The notes beneath the pieces were generated by a model. The model was not told where the DNA came from. It did no database searches and saw only the letters and a program-made list of their open reading frames with translations. Shown piece after piece: positions 18,609 to 27,812 of a stretch of DNA of 32,000 nt (within the stretch, counting starts at the first letter, position 1; every line of letters begins with the position of its first letter). Made by a program: the position numbers and the translations under genes. The DNA comes from Pseudothioglobus sp. nBUS_23. Its GTDB lineage: Bacteria; Pseudomonadota; Gammaproteobacteria; PS1; Pseudothioglobaceae. The stretch spans positions 1,650,001-1,682,000 of the forward strand of contig NZ_CP179200.1 of NCBI RefSeq assembly GCF_051201565.1, read 5' to 3'.

Positions 18609-19859
18609 CTAGTGGGCTACGCCAGCAGCGCCATGCTCATCAATCAGAGCACCCGTTGTAAAGCGATCAATATGAAATGGCACAGCTAAATCATGCTGCT
18701 TGTCTTGAGCAATTGTATGAGCAAAAACATTGCCTGACCCAGGAGTGGCCTTAAAGCCCCCTGTACCCCAACCGCAGTTGAAATAAAGCCCCTGAACCTT
18801 TGTTGGGCTAATCACAGGACAGGCATCAGGACAGACATCCACAATTCCTCCCCACTGACGATTCATACGAACTCTAGAAAAAATTGGAAATAATTCAAGA
18901 ATTGCTGCAGCACAATGTTCGACTATTTTCGCACTGCCACGTTGAGCATAAGAATTATAACCATCAATACCAGCGCCAATAACTAGGTCGCCCTTGTCGC
19001 TCTGACTAACATACCCATGAACAGCATTGGACATGACAACAGTATGGAGAATTGGCTTCATTGCCTCCGAAACAAAAGCTTGTAATGGATGACTTTCTAC
19101 AGGTAATCTCAATCCAGCCATTCTTGCTATGACAGATGAGTGGCCAGCACTAACGCATCCTACACGGTCTGCTAATATATCGCCCTGAGTAGTTTTAACT
19201 CCTTTGACGCGACCCTCTTCAACTTCAATATCAATTACTTCACAGTTTTGAATAATATCGACACCAAGGTTTGATGCAGCGCGAGCAAACCCCCAGGCTA
19301 CGCCATCATGTCGAGCAACCCCTGCACGAGCCTGAAAAGAAGCACCCATAATTGGATACCTGACATTTTTCGATGTATTAATTATTGGAATTTGTTCTTT
19401 GATTTCTTTGTGGTCAACAACTACAGCATCGACACCATTTAAAACATTTGCATTGACTCTTCTTTCAATATCCCTCATGTCCTGGAGTGTATGTCCAAGA
19501 TTGTATACACCTCTTTGACTAAACATAACATTGAAATTTAAATCCTCACTTAATCCCTCCCAAAGTCTCATTGAGTGCTCATAAAGACTGGATGCTTCAT
19601 CTCTCAAGTAATTGGATCTAATAATTGTCGTATTTCTTCCAGTATTACCTCCACCTATATAACCCTTCTCAACTACAGCTACATTAGTAATACCGCACTC
19701 TTTAGCCAAATAGTAAGCTGTAGCAAGACCATGTCCGCCACCGCCAATAATAATGACATCATATTTTGATTTAGGCTTTGATGATGGTATCGCCTTATCC
19801 CAGTCCTGGTTAGCTAATCCTGCTTTTAATAGCGAATACCATGAATATTTTTTTTGCAT
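18609..19859 (-). CDS. soxB: Sarcosine oxidase, beta subunit
   Basis: 416-aa ORF with FAD fold [19 protein letters not shown] and DAO-family layout. It ends in ...HGAAGVAH, typical of heterotetrameric SoxB. Confidence 0.93.
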   Translation of the reverse strand: MQKKYSWYSLLKAGLANQDWDKAIPSSKPKSKYDVIIIGGGGHGLATAYYLAKECGITNVAVVEKGYIGGGNTGRNTTIIRSNYLRDEASSLYEHSMRLWEGLSEDLNFNVMFSQRGVYNLGHTLQDMRDIERRVNANVLNGVDAVVVDHKEIKEQIPIINTSKNVRYPIMGASFQARAGVARHDGVAWGFARAASNLGVDIIQNCEVIDIEVEEGRVKGVKTTQGDILADRVGCVSAGHSSVIARMAGLRLPVESHPLQAFVSEAMKPILHTVVMSNAVHGYVSQSDKGDLVIGAGIDGYNSYAQRGSAKIVEHCAAAILELFPIFSRVRMNRQWGGIVDVCPDACPVISPTKVQGLYFNCGWGTGGFKATPGSGNVFAHTIAQDKQHDLAVPFHIDRFTTGALIDEHGAAGVAH

Positions 19860-19880
19860 AACGTTAACTCAACTAATAAT

Positions 19881-20987
19881 CTATAAATCAAGCACAATAT
19901 CACTTGTTGGATAAGAGCAACAAGTCAAAATATATCCCTCTTGTTCATGCGACTTTAAAAGTCCGCCTTGAGCATCCATTTCAACAGTTCCATCTAGCAT
20001 TTTTGTTCGACAAGTTCCACACAAACCTTGTGAGCATGCAAATGGAACAGTAATACCTTGTTTTTGAATAGAAACTAAGATACTTGTATTGCTTCCACAA
20101 GGCAAAACATCGCCGCTCTTTTTAAGCGTGACATTATATTCATTTATTTCACTTTTTGTAACTTTATGTTCCGGCAATTCGGCATTGATTGCCATATTTT
20201 TTTGAGCAGTTGAACTCTCTATATCAAAGCTCTCTTGGTGGTAGAAATTCATATCAAAAGCAGCTGATTCAAGTATTTTTTTCACATTCTGCATATAAAG
20301 CTCTGGTCCACAACAATAGATTTCTCTTTGCACAAAATCTGGAACAAGCTTGAGGAGCATCTCGTGGCTCAAAAAACCAGTGGGTCCTTGCCAACCCTCA
20401 CTAGAAACATCACAAACATAATGGCTTTTCAAATCACTTTGGTTTGATTCATAAAATTCAAGCTCGTCTTTTGAAATCAAATCCTTTTCAGATTGTGCAT
20501 TATGAACAAATGCAATATCCACATCGATTGAAAGATCATAAAAATATCTTATCATCGAGAGCATTGGAGTAATGCCACTTCCCCCTGATAAAAACAAAAT
20601 TTTAGGCTTTGGCTTATCTAGTGCTACGCTGAAAGAACCACCGATATCAAGAGCATCAACACAGTCACCAACTTTCAAATTATCGTGCATCCAGTTTGTC
20701 ACAACACCCTCAGCCATTCGTTTGTTTGTAATAGTAATGGTGTTAGGTCTTGTTGGAGTTGATGCAATAGTGTAAGTTCGCATCACATCATTTCCATCAA
20801 TTTTCAGAAAAAGGGTTGTGTGCTGCCCTGGTAAAAATTGAAACCAAGCATCCTTCTTCGATTTAAAGGTAAAACTTTTTACATTATGTGTTTCATCTTT
20901 TATATGAATACATTCCAGCGGAGAAACATCTCCCGTCCATCGAGCAAGGCCCTCTATATTAATGTTTGGAAAGACTAATTCGTTCAT
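19881..20987 (-). CDS. FNR-type flavin reductase fused to a C-terminal plant-type 2Fe-2S ferredoxin (GbcB/BmoB-like oxygenase reductase)
   Basis: 368-aa ORF with flavin-binding RTYTIAS, NAD(P)H motif LSGGSGITP and a C-terminal CSQGLCGTCRTK....C 2Fe-2S cluster motif. It lies 21 nt upstream of soxB on the same strand. Confidence 0.8.
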   Translation of the reverse strand: MNELVFPNINIEGLARWTGDVSPLECIHIKDETHNVKSFTFKSKKDAWFQFLPGQHTTLFLKIDGNDVMRTYTIASTPTRPNTITITNKRMAEGVVTNWMHDNLKVGDCVDALDIGGSFSVALDKPKPKILFLSGGSGITPMLSMIRYFYDLSIDVDIAFVHNAQSEKDLISKDELEFYESNQSDLKSHYVCDVSSEGWQGPTGFLSHEMLLKLVPDFVQREIYCCGPELYMQNVKKILESAAFDMNFYHQESFDIESSTAQKNMAINAELPEHKVTKSEINEYNVTLKKSGDVLPCGSNTSILVSIQKQGITVPFACSQGLCGTCRTKMLDGTVEMDAQGGLLKSHEQEGYILTCCSYPTSDIVLDL

Positions 20988-21206
20988 TCAACTTACGCCC
21001 ATTCTAAAACACTCAATTGTAGCATCAGAGTCTATTAATAACTCTATAAACGCTGGTTCATGTAGGTAATTATTAATTACGAAAAATGTAAATATATCTA
21101 ATTAATTATTGAATTGTTATTAGATAAAAATGTGGGAATTTTAACAATTAAAGCTTGCTAAAGCAATCTTTCATTCAAAACAAAAAAACACAGTTAATAC
21201 AGTAGT

Positions 21207-22103
21207 TTATGGCATTGGAATGTGGTGTTTTTTTCGAGCATAGACTCCCTGCATAATGATCGCAAATAAAATTGCTAACCCTCCAATCAACGTATTTCTT
21301 GTTGGGACTTCATGAATTCCAAGAACTGGAAGCCATGCCCAAAAAATACCCAATACAACTTCAAGCAGAGAGAGCATGACGAGCTCTCCACTAGGCAGGT
21401 ATTTTGCACCCAGCCCATACAATATTAGACCAATACCAACAACAAGACCGTGTGTCATGCTGATACCAATATTAGCTGATGGCATCTCAAAGCCACTACC
21501 AGTTAAAAGAATAAGAATTGTTGCCCAGATCATACAAAAGAATCCAGCAAGAGCAGGGGTTAATAACTTAGGAACCTCAGGGTTCTTTCTGATCGTAATG
21601 GTATATATAGCAAAACCTAGAGCTACAAAAAATCCGTAGATAACGCCGATGATGGTTGCTGACTTATCAGTATCCCAAACCATTATGGTAATGCCTATCG
21701 CTACAATGAGCATATTAAGTAGTGTGCTTTTACTCAGTCTCTCGCCAAGAATAAGGTATCCCAAAAATGCTGACAAAACTGGGGACACGGCAAGCATGAG
21801 CAGAGTGATTGCGACTGTGGTTGTAGTTAATGCATAAATCCAACCAAAGAATGTAACAGACATAACAAGACTACCAATAAGGCTCCATGAATCTATTCTC
21901 TTGAAGGTCTGGAAAAAGTTCCTTCCTTCCCTAAAAAGAACAAATATGAGTATGACTGAAGTTATGATTAAACCTCTGTATAGCAAATACTGCAGCCTAA
22001 AACTTTCGGCATCTTCGAGATATCTTACGAGTGGCGCTCCAAAGCTCCAGATAACACCGCTTACAACAACAAGAAAAAAACCCAGTAAATAGCTATTCTT
22101 CAA
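21207..22103 (-). CDS. DMT-superfamily (EamA-type) permease
   Basis: 298-aa, roughly 10-TM hydrophobic protein with the duplicated EamA-like layout. The start read from the sequence is TTG (caa 22101-22103), so its exact position is uncertain. It is divergent from the hydantoinase gene. Confidence 0.8.
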   Translation of the reverse strand: MKNSYLLGFFLVVVSGVIWSFGAPLVRYLEDAESFRLQYLLYRGLIITSVILIFVLFREGRNFFQTFKRIDSWSLIGSLVMSVTFFGWIYALTTTTVAITLLMLAVSPVLSAFLGYLILGERLSKSTLLNMLIVAIGITIMVWDTDKSATIIGVIYGFFVALGFAIYTITIRKNPEVPKLLTPALAGFFCMIWATILILLTGSGFEMPSANIGISMTHGLVVGIGLILYGLGAKYLPSGELVMLSLLEVVLGIFWAWLPVLGIHEVPTRNTLIGGLAILFAIIMQGVYARKKHHIPMP

Positions 22104-22260
22104 CTGATTAACCCCTTTTAATATTTGACTAAAACTAATTCCCGCATTTTGTTCCTAAAATAATTTCATGTCAATCATTTTTTAATACTCAAGTTAAGAA
22201 AATCACAATAATTTTTTGCCTATATAATTCATGTATCGAGTCAATTGATTTAAGTTTTTG

Positions 22261-25200
22261 ATGAATATTAGTGAAAAACCAAAGTGGCAATTCTGGATTG
22301 ATAGAGGTGGAACATTTACTGATATCATCAGTAAAAATCCAGATGGTGAGCTTTCAAGCCACAAGCTGTTATCTGAAAACCCTCTGCACTATAAGGATGC
22401 TGCAATTCAGGGCATTAGAGACTTGTTATCGTTAAAAGATAAAGAAGCTATTCCAATTCATCAAATTGAGTCTATCAAAATGGGCACTACAGTTGCTACC
22501 AATGCACTCCTTGAAAGAAAAGGAGAAAAAACACTATTGGCAACCACGAAAGGGTTTGCAGATATTTTAAGAATTGGATACCAACAAAGACCTAAATTAT
22601 TTTCTTTAGATATTCAGCTCCCTGAAATGCTATATTCTGAAGTGGTTGAGATTGATGAACGAGTTGATAAGGCAGGGAAAGTATTAAAACAGCTTAACAC
22701 TATAGATACAAAAAAAATATTAACCGAGGCCTTTATTAAGGGCTTTAGATCTATTGCAATTGTGTTGTTGCATGGATACCGATATCAAGAGCATGAAAGG
22801 CAAATTAGCTTAATTGCTGAAGAAATTGGGTTTACCCAAATTTCTGTAAGTCATCAAATAAGTCCACTAATGAAAATCATACCTCGAGGAGATACCACAG
22901 TAGTCGATGCCTACTTGTCTCCTATTCTGCGTCGCTATGTTGATCAAGTGAGAGCTGAACTTGGACCCAGCCAATCGAACTATGGTCGATTAATGTTTAT
23001 GCAATCCAATGGCGGTTTAACCGATGCCAATTATTTTCAAGGGAAGGATGCTATTCTTTCAGGTCCAGCAGGCGGCGTGGTTGGAATGGTCAAAACTGGA
23101 GAAACAATTGGACTAAGAAAACTGATAGGTTTTGACATGGGAGGCACCTCAACTGATGTATGTCACTACAGCGGAGAATATGAGAGAACTCTTGAGACTG
23201 AGGTTACCGGTGTCCGACTCAAATCGCCAATGATGCTCATCAATACTGTTGCAGCAGGTGGAGGCTCTATTCTTCATTTCGATGGAGCGAGGTATCGCGT
23301 CGGTCCAGAATCAGCTGGAGCTTTTCCTGGTCCAGCCTGTTATCGCAACGGTGGTCCTTTGACAGTCACAGATTGTAACGTGATGCTTGGCAAGTTAAAC
23401 CCAGATTACTTTCCAAACGTATTTGGCCCTAATGGCAATCAAAAACTTGATATTGATATTGTTAAAAGAAAATTTACCTCTCTAGCTACAGAAATTTCAT
23501 CAAGCACTAAGACAACTGTTACTCCGCTCGAAGTTGCCGAAGGCTTTTTATCCATTGCTATTGATAGCATGTCAAATGCAATCAAAAAAATATCAGTTCA
23601 GCGTGGTTATGATGTCAGCGACTACACACTCTCTTGTTTTGGCGGGGCTGGAGGACAACATGCGTGCATGGTAGCAGACAAATTAGGCATCAAAAAAATA
23701 CACCTCCATCCCTATGCAGGGGTTTTATCTGCCTACGGTATTGGACTTGCTGATAGCCGCACAATCAATGATTTAGCAGTTGAATTACCTTTAGAGGCAA
23801 GCTTAATAGATCTATTGAATAAGGACTTTAAAAAGCTTCATGCCAATGGTCGACAAGAGCTAGTTTCTCAAAACTTAAACGAAAAACTATTCCAATATAC
23901 TGATCGAGTCTATCTAAGATATAAAGATTCGGACACATCCTTACCAGTTACATTTGCTAACTTTTCAGTCATGAAATCAAACTTTGAGAGGACTCATATT
24001 TCAAGGTTTGGATTCATATCGCCAGAAAAGGCCATCATCATTGAATCAATTCAGACAGAGGTGGCATGTCAAAGTGGGCAATTGAATTCTCAGGTAAATT
24101 CTCACAATACATTAATCACTGAGTCTCTAACAACTCAAGATGTATTTATGAATGGGAAACTCGAAAAAACTATTTTTTATAATCGAGACAACATCAAACC
24201 AAATGAAAAAATCTCTGGACCTGCTGTCATTATTGAGCCAACCTCAACATTCATAATTGAACCAGGCTGGGAGGCAATCCTCAAAGACAGTAAGGATTTA
24301 ATTTTAACTCGTACACAAAAAGCTCTGAGGCAGAATGCAATTGGAACAAGTGTAGACCCTATCATGTTAGAAATTTTTAATAACTTATTTATGAATGTTG
24401 CAGAACAAATGGGTATGGTTCTTGAGAATACGGCCTCATCTGTGAACATCAAAGAGCGTCTAGACTTTTCCTGTGCAATATTCTCTCCGACAGGTGAGCT
24501 CGTTGCAAATGCACCTCATGTGCCAGTTCATTTAGGTTCGATGAGTGAATCCATCAAAACTATTATTCGTGAAAATTCACTGACTATGAGTTCTGGAGAC
24601 GCCTTTCTAATTAATGCGCCTTACAATGGTGGCACTCATTTGCCAGATATCACCCTAATAAAGCCTGTATTTGATGACTCGAATGAGGAGGTGATTTTCT
24701 ATGTTGCAACAAGAGGGCATCATGCCGATATAGGAGGGACAGTTCCGGGCTCAGCCCCAGCAAATTCAACTCATATTAAGGAGGAGGGTGTTTTAATCGA
24801 CAACTTTACGATCGTCTCTAAAGGTATATTCCTTGAAGATGAAATAACTGACTTATTGACTCAAGCGGACTACCCTGCAAGAAACATAGTTCAAAATATT
24901 GCGGATTTAAAGGCTCAAGTTGCAGCGGCAGAAAAAGGCTCTCAAGAGCTTCAAAAAGTCATTGAGCAATATGGAATAAAGGTCGTTCATGCCTATATGG
25001 GTCACGTACAAGACAATGCAGAGGAATCGGTTCGACGTGTGCTAGATGTTCTCAGTGACTCAAGTTTTACCTACCAGATGGATGATGGTCATCAAGTCTC
25101 AGTATCTATCAGAGTAGATAAATTGAATCGATCTGCAACTATTGACTTTACAGGTACTAGCGACCAACACCCAGGAAACTATAATGCACCCAGCGCAATT

Positions 25201-25884
25201 TGTTATGCAGCAGTACTCTATGTTTTTCGCTGCCTAGTCGATGATGATATCCCCCTAAATTCGGGATGCTTAAAACCTTTAAATTTAGTCATTCCCAAAA
25301 AATCAATGATTAACCCTGAATACCCTGCTGCAGTTTTTTCAGGCAATGTGGAAACATCTCAATACATTGTTGATACCTTGCTTGGTGCTCTTGGAAATTA
25401 TGCAGCTTCACAAGGAACAATGAATAACTTTATTTGGGGTAACGACAAAGTTCAAAATTACGAAACTATCTGTGGTGGCTCAGGGGCTAGTATCAATCAG
25501 CCAGGTTGTAGTGCAGTTCATACCCATATGACTAACTCAAGACTCACTGACCCTGAGGTTTTGGAATGGCGCTTCCCAGTGAAACTGGAATCCTTTAGTA
25601 TCAGGCAAAGTTCAGGTGGCAAAGGTTTGCACCCTGGGGGAAATGGAGTAGATCGAAGGCTGCGCTTTCTTGAACCAATGACAGTTAATGTCATCGCGGG
25701 TCATAGAAAAATACCGCCATATGGCTTATCTGGAGGAGGGTCAGGTGCTCTTGGTGAAAACTATGTCATTCATTCTGATGAGAGCGTGACACATCTTGAA
25801 ACTAAAGGACAAATTGAAGTAGGTAAAAATGATCTCTTTATACTTAAAACGCCTGGAGGTGGTGGTTTTGGAAAAACCATATAA
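22261..25884 (+). CDS. Fused hydantoinase A/hydantoinase B family enzyme (ATP-dependent 5-oxoprolinase/N-methylhydantoinase-type)
   Basis: The N-terminus WQFWIDRGGTFTD and DMGGTSTD (actin-like ATPase, HyuA half) are followed by a HyuB-like half (DPIMLEIFNN...ERLDFSCA...GGTHLPD). The two halves are fused as in eukaryotic-type oxoprolinases. I prefer the ATG at 22261 over the TTG at 22258. Confidence 0.85.
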   Translation: MNISEKPKWQFWIDRGGTFTDIISKNPDGELSSHKLLSENPLHYKDAAIQGIRDLLSLKDKEAIPIHQIESIKMGTTVATNALLERKGEKTLLATTKGFADILRIGYQQRPKLFSLDIQLPEMLYSEVVEIDERVDKAGKVLKQLNTIDTKKILTEAFIKGFRSIAIVLLHGYRYQEHERQISLIAEEIGFTQISVSHQISPLMKIIPRGDTTVVDAYLSPILRRYVDQVRAELGPSQSNYGRLMFMQSNGGLTDANYFQGKDAILSGPAGGVVGMVKTGETIGLRKLIGFDMGGTSTDVCHYSGEYERTLETEVTGVRLKSPMMLINTVAAGGGSILHFDGARYRVGPESAGAFPGPACYRNGGPLTVTDCNVMLGKLNPDYFPNVFGPNGNQKLDIDIVKRKFTSLATEISSSTKTTVTPLEVAEGFLSIAIDSMSNAIKKISVQRGYDVSDYTLSCFGGAGGQHACMVADKLGIKKIHLHPYAGVLSAYGIGLADSRTINDLAVELPLEASLIDLLNKDFKKLHANGRQELVSQNLNEKLFQYTDRVYLRYKDSDTSLPVTFANFSVMKSNFERTHISRFGFISPEKAIIIESIQTEVACQSGQLNSQVNSHNTLITESLTTQDVFMNGKLEKTIFYNRDNIKPNEKISGPAVIIEPTSTFIIEPGWEAILKDSKDLILTRTQKALRQNAIGTSVDPIMLEIFNNLFMNVAEQMGMVLENTASSVNIKERLDFSCAIFSPTGELVANAPHVPVHLGSMSESIKTIIRENSLTMSSGDAFLINAPYNGGTHLPDITLIKPVFDDSNEEVIFYVATRGHHADIGGTVPGSAPANSTHIKEEGVLIDNFTIVSKGIFLEDEITDLLTQADYPARNIVQNIADLKAQVAAAEKGSQELQKVIEQYGIKVVHAYMGHVQDNAEESVRRVLDVLSDSSFTYQMDDGHQVSVSIRVDKLNRSATIDFTGTSDQHPGNYNAPSAICYAAVLYVFRCLVDDDIPLNSGCLKPLNLVIPKKSMINPEYPAAVFSGNVETSQYIVDTLLGALGNYAASQGTMNNFIWGNDKVQNYETICGGSGASINQPGCSAVHTHMTNSRLTDPEVLEWRFPVKLESFSIRQSSGGKGLHPGGNGVDRRLRFLEPMTVNVIAGHRKIPPYGLSGGGSGALGENYVIHSDESVTHLETKGQIEVGKNDLFILKTPGGGGFGKTI

Positions 25885-25925
25885 ACTAGAGACAACAAAT
25901 TTAGCTCTATTAATAGGAGACAACT

Positions 25926-26789
25926 ATGAAAACAATTAACCTAAGCCCAGAACCCAATGACGCTGAAATTAGACGAGCAATGAAGCCAGTCATTTCTTAT
26001 CCTATTGATAATCTGCCAGCCTTTGATCAAGATTTTTATATAAATGCCAGTTCAAATATGGATCTCGTGGAGTCCATCATTATTCCCCCAAGAGATGCAA
26101 AAACTTTTGAAGTTCCGGCTGGATACTTTTTTCGAATTATTAGTCGAGAAGGCCCACAGGTCGGTGATTTAAATCTATGGCATAAGAATAATATGAATGA
26201 ACGATTCTTCAGTGGCAAAACACGAGCGCTTTACGGGACTCATGTAAGCACTGGTGATAGACTTTATTCAAACCTGCCATTTCTAAGACCGATGGCCACT
26301 ATTACTCATGACACTTTGGATTGGTATGGTTACGATGATGATGGTGGTAGCGTCCATGATGTCATTGGAACTCGTTGTGACCCTTATACCCATGTTGCTC
26401 TTAATAGTGAGGAGTACCATTACTGTTGTCACTCTAACTTATGCAGGGCACTTTCATCTCATCAACAAAAACCAATTAATGAAATTGAGCATCTTGTTCA
26501 TGATGTACTTAACGTCTTTATGTGCACTGGATTTACCAAAGATACGCATCAGTATTTTATGAAAGCTAGTCCAGTTCGCCCCGATGACTATATAGAATTC
26601 TTTGCCGAAATTGATCTTGTTTGCGGGTTGTCAGCATGTCCAGGTGGTGATTGCAGCTCCAGTCACTCGAGTGATGCGGCTGCATGCTATCCCCTGCAAG
26701 TTGAGATTTTTAAACCAGTTGAAGGGGCAGTAAAACAATGGTCACCCCAAGCAATAAATAAGTACTCAAGAAATCACGGCTCCAGTTAA
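25926..26789 (+). CDS. DUF1989-family protein (family of urea-carboxylase-associated proteins / carboxyguanidine deiminase subunits)
   Basis: 287-aa ORF with DUF1989-like blocks IPPRDAKTFEVPAGYFFRII..EGPQVGDLNLW, HDVIGTRCD, CHSNL, LNVFM and DYIEFFAEIDLVCGLSACPGGD. An AGGAG sits 6 nt upstream of the ATG. The gene starts 41 nt after the hydantoinase stop. Confidence 0.75.
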   Translation: MKTINLSPEPNDAEIRRAMKPVISYPIDNLPAFDQDFYINASSNMDLVESIIIPPRDAKTFEVPAGYFFRIISREGPQVGDLNLWHKNNMNERFFSGKTRALYGTHVSTGDRLYSNLPFLRPMATITHDTLDWYGYDDDGGSVHDVIGTRCDPYTHVALNSEEYHYCCHSNLCRALSSHQQKPINEIEHLVHDVLNVFMCTGFTKDTHQYFMKASPVRPDDYIEFFAEIDLVCGLSACPGGDCSSSHSSDAAACYPLQVEIFKPVEGAVKQWSPQAINKYSRNHGSS

Positions 26790-26818
26790 AATTCAACTTT
26801 GAATTAGGATGAATTAAG

Positions 26819-27685
26819 ATGGAGAACTTAAAGGGCATTTTATTTATGATTCTCGCTATGGCAGGTTTTGCATTTGAGGATCTTTTTATTAAATTGCTCT
26901 CAACTTATTTTCCAATATCAGAAGTAATAATAATTCTTGGGTTTACTGGTACATTTATATTCTTCATTATTGCACTTCTACAGAATGCACCAATTATTCA
27001 TAAAGATTTATTAAATAAACACGTAATAATTCGAACAATTTGTGAACTCTTAGGAGCAGTTTTTTTTGTTACAGCAATCGCTTTAACACCTCTTTCATCT
27101 GCCACAGCAATTCTACAAATATCGCCATTATTAGTAACAATTGGTGCTGTAGTATTTTTTAAAGAAAAAGTAGGTTGGAGGCGTTGGACAGCTGTATTTA
27201 TTGGCTTTATAGGTGTATTATTGATTGTTCGTCCTGGCTTCGAGGGATTTATGCCAGCATCAATATTTGCAATACTTGGATCCGTCTTTCTTGCAGCTCG
27301 AGATTTAGCAACTCGCGCTATGCAAGTTAAACTTCCTTCGGTAACAATAGCACTATATGCCTTCATAGCTTTTGGAATCTCAGGCATTCTAATCATTCCA
27401 TTTAACTCGCCAATGGTACTTCCTACATCTAATCAAATTATTTATTTTATTGGCGCATCTGCCTTTGGTGTAATTGCTTATTACTCTCTTGTTATCTCTT
27501 CAAGAATTGGTGAAATGTCAGTTATATCTCCTTTTAGATATTCAAGGATAGTTTTTGCTATGTTGCTTGCAATTATCATTCTTGATGAGAATCCAGATGG
27601 CTTAACTCTAATTGGAGCTTCGATTGTAGTAGCCTCAGGACTTTATACATTCGTTCGTGAAACTGTTTTAAAAAAATCACAATAA
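26819..27685 (+). CDS. DMT-superfamily (EamA-type) permease
   Basis: 288-aa, roughly 10-TM protein with two EamA-like halves. It starts 29 nt after the DUF1989 stop on the same strand. Confidence 0.8.
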   Translation: MENLKGILFMILAMAGFAFEDLFIKLLSTYFPISEVIIILGFTGTFIFFIIALLQNAPIIHKDLLNKHVIIRTICELLGAVFFVTAIALTPLSSATAILQISPLLVTIGAVVFFKEKVGWRRWTAVFIGFIGVLLIVRPGFEGFMPASIFAILGSVFLAARDLATRAMQVKLPSVTIALYAFIAFGISGILIIPFNSPMVLPTSNQIIYFIGASAFGVIAYYSLVISSRIGEMSVISPFRYSRIVFAMLLAIIILDENPDGLTLIGASIVVASGLYTFVRETVLKKSQ

Positions 27686-27751
27686 ATTTAAATCTTTTAA
27701 AAAACCATCACTTCATGTATAAAAACTTAAAATATTTTGTTTATAAAAAGC

Positions 27752-27780
27752 TTGCTATACTTAGCGAAATTGTCTAACAT
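27752..27780 (+). promoter_or_regulatory. Candidate sigma70-type promoter for the creatinase gene
   Basis: TTGCTA (27752-27757), a 17-nt spacer, then TAACAT (27775-27780), 33 nt upstream of the creatinase ATG. AGGAG lies at 27803-27807. Hexamer matches arise easily by chance in AT-rich DNA. Confidence 0.3.
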
Positions 27781-27812
27781 CCGCACAAATTAACGCAAAC
27801 ACAGGAGTTACT

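Noticed and set aside
21150-21160. AAAGCTTGCTA 11-mer shared between the sox-upstream region (21150-21160) and the creatinase promoter region (27748-27758)
   Set aside because: A single shared 11-mer between two sites in a 32-kb AT-rich window is expected by chance, and it is on the wrong strand for the sox operon. At 27752 the TTGCTA part is already explained as a -35 candidate.
20988-22257. Looked for a glycine riboswitch or other structured leader upstream of the sox operon, DMT and hydantoinase genes
   Set aside because: I found no GGAGAG...CACCG...CTCAGGC-like conserved cores and no extended GC-containing helices. The regions are plain AT-rich DNA. A covariance-model scan would be needed to exclude it formally.
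22261-25884. Simple annotation of the fused HyuAB protein as a housekeeping 5-oxoprolinase
   Set aside because: This is not fully rejected; it remains the null hypothesis. I judge it less likely to be the whole story, because the gene is operonic with DUF1989 and a permease and sits beside creatinase and sox.
26998-27396. 132-aa minus-strand ORF inside the second DMT permease gene
   Set aside because: It is fully antisense to a coherent 10-TM permease ORF. Its Ala/Ile/Thr/Lys-rich translation matches no family signature I recognise, so it is probably a shadow ORF.
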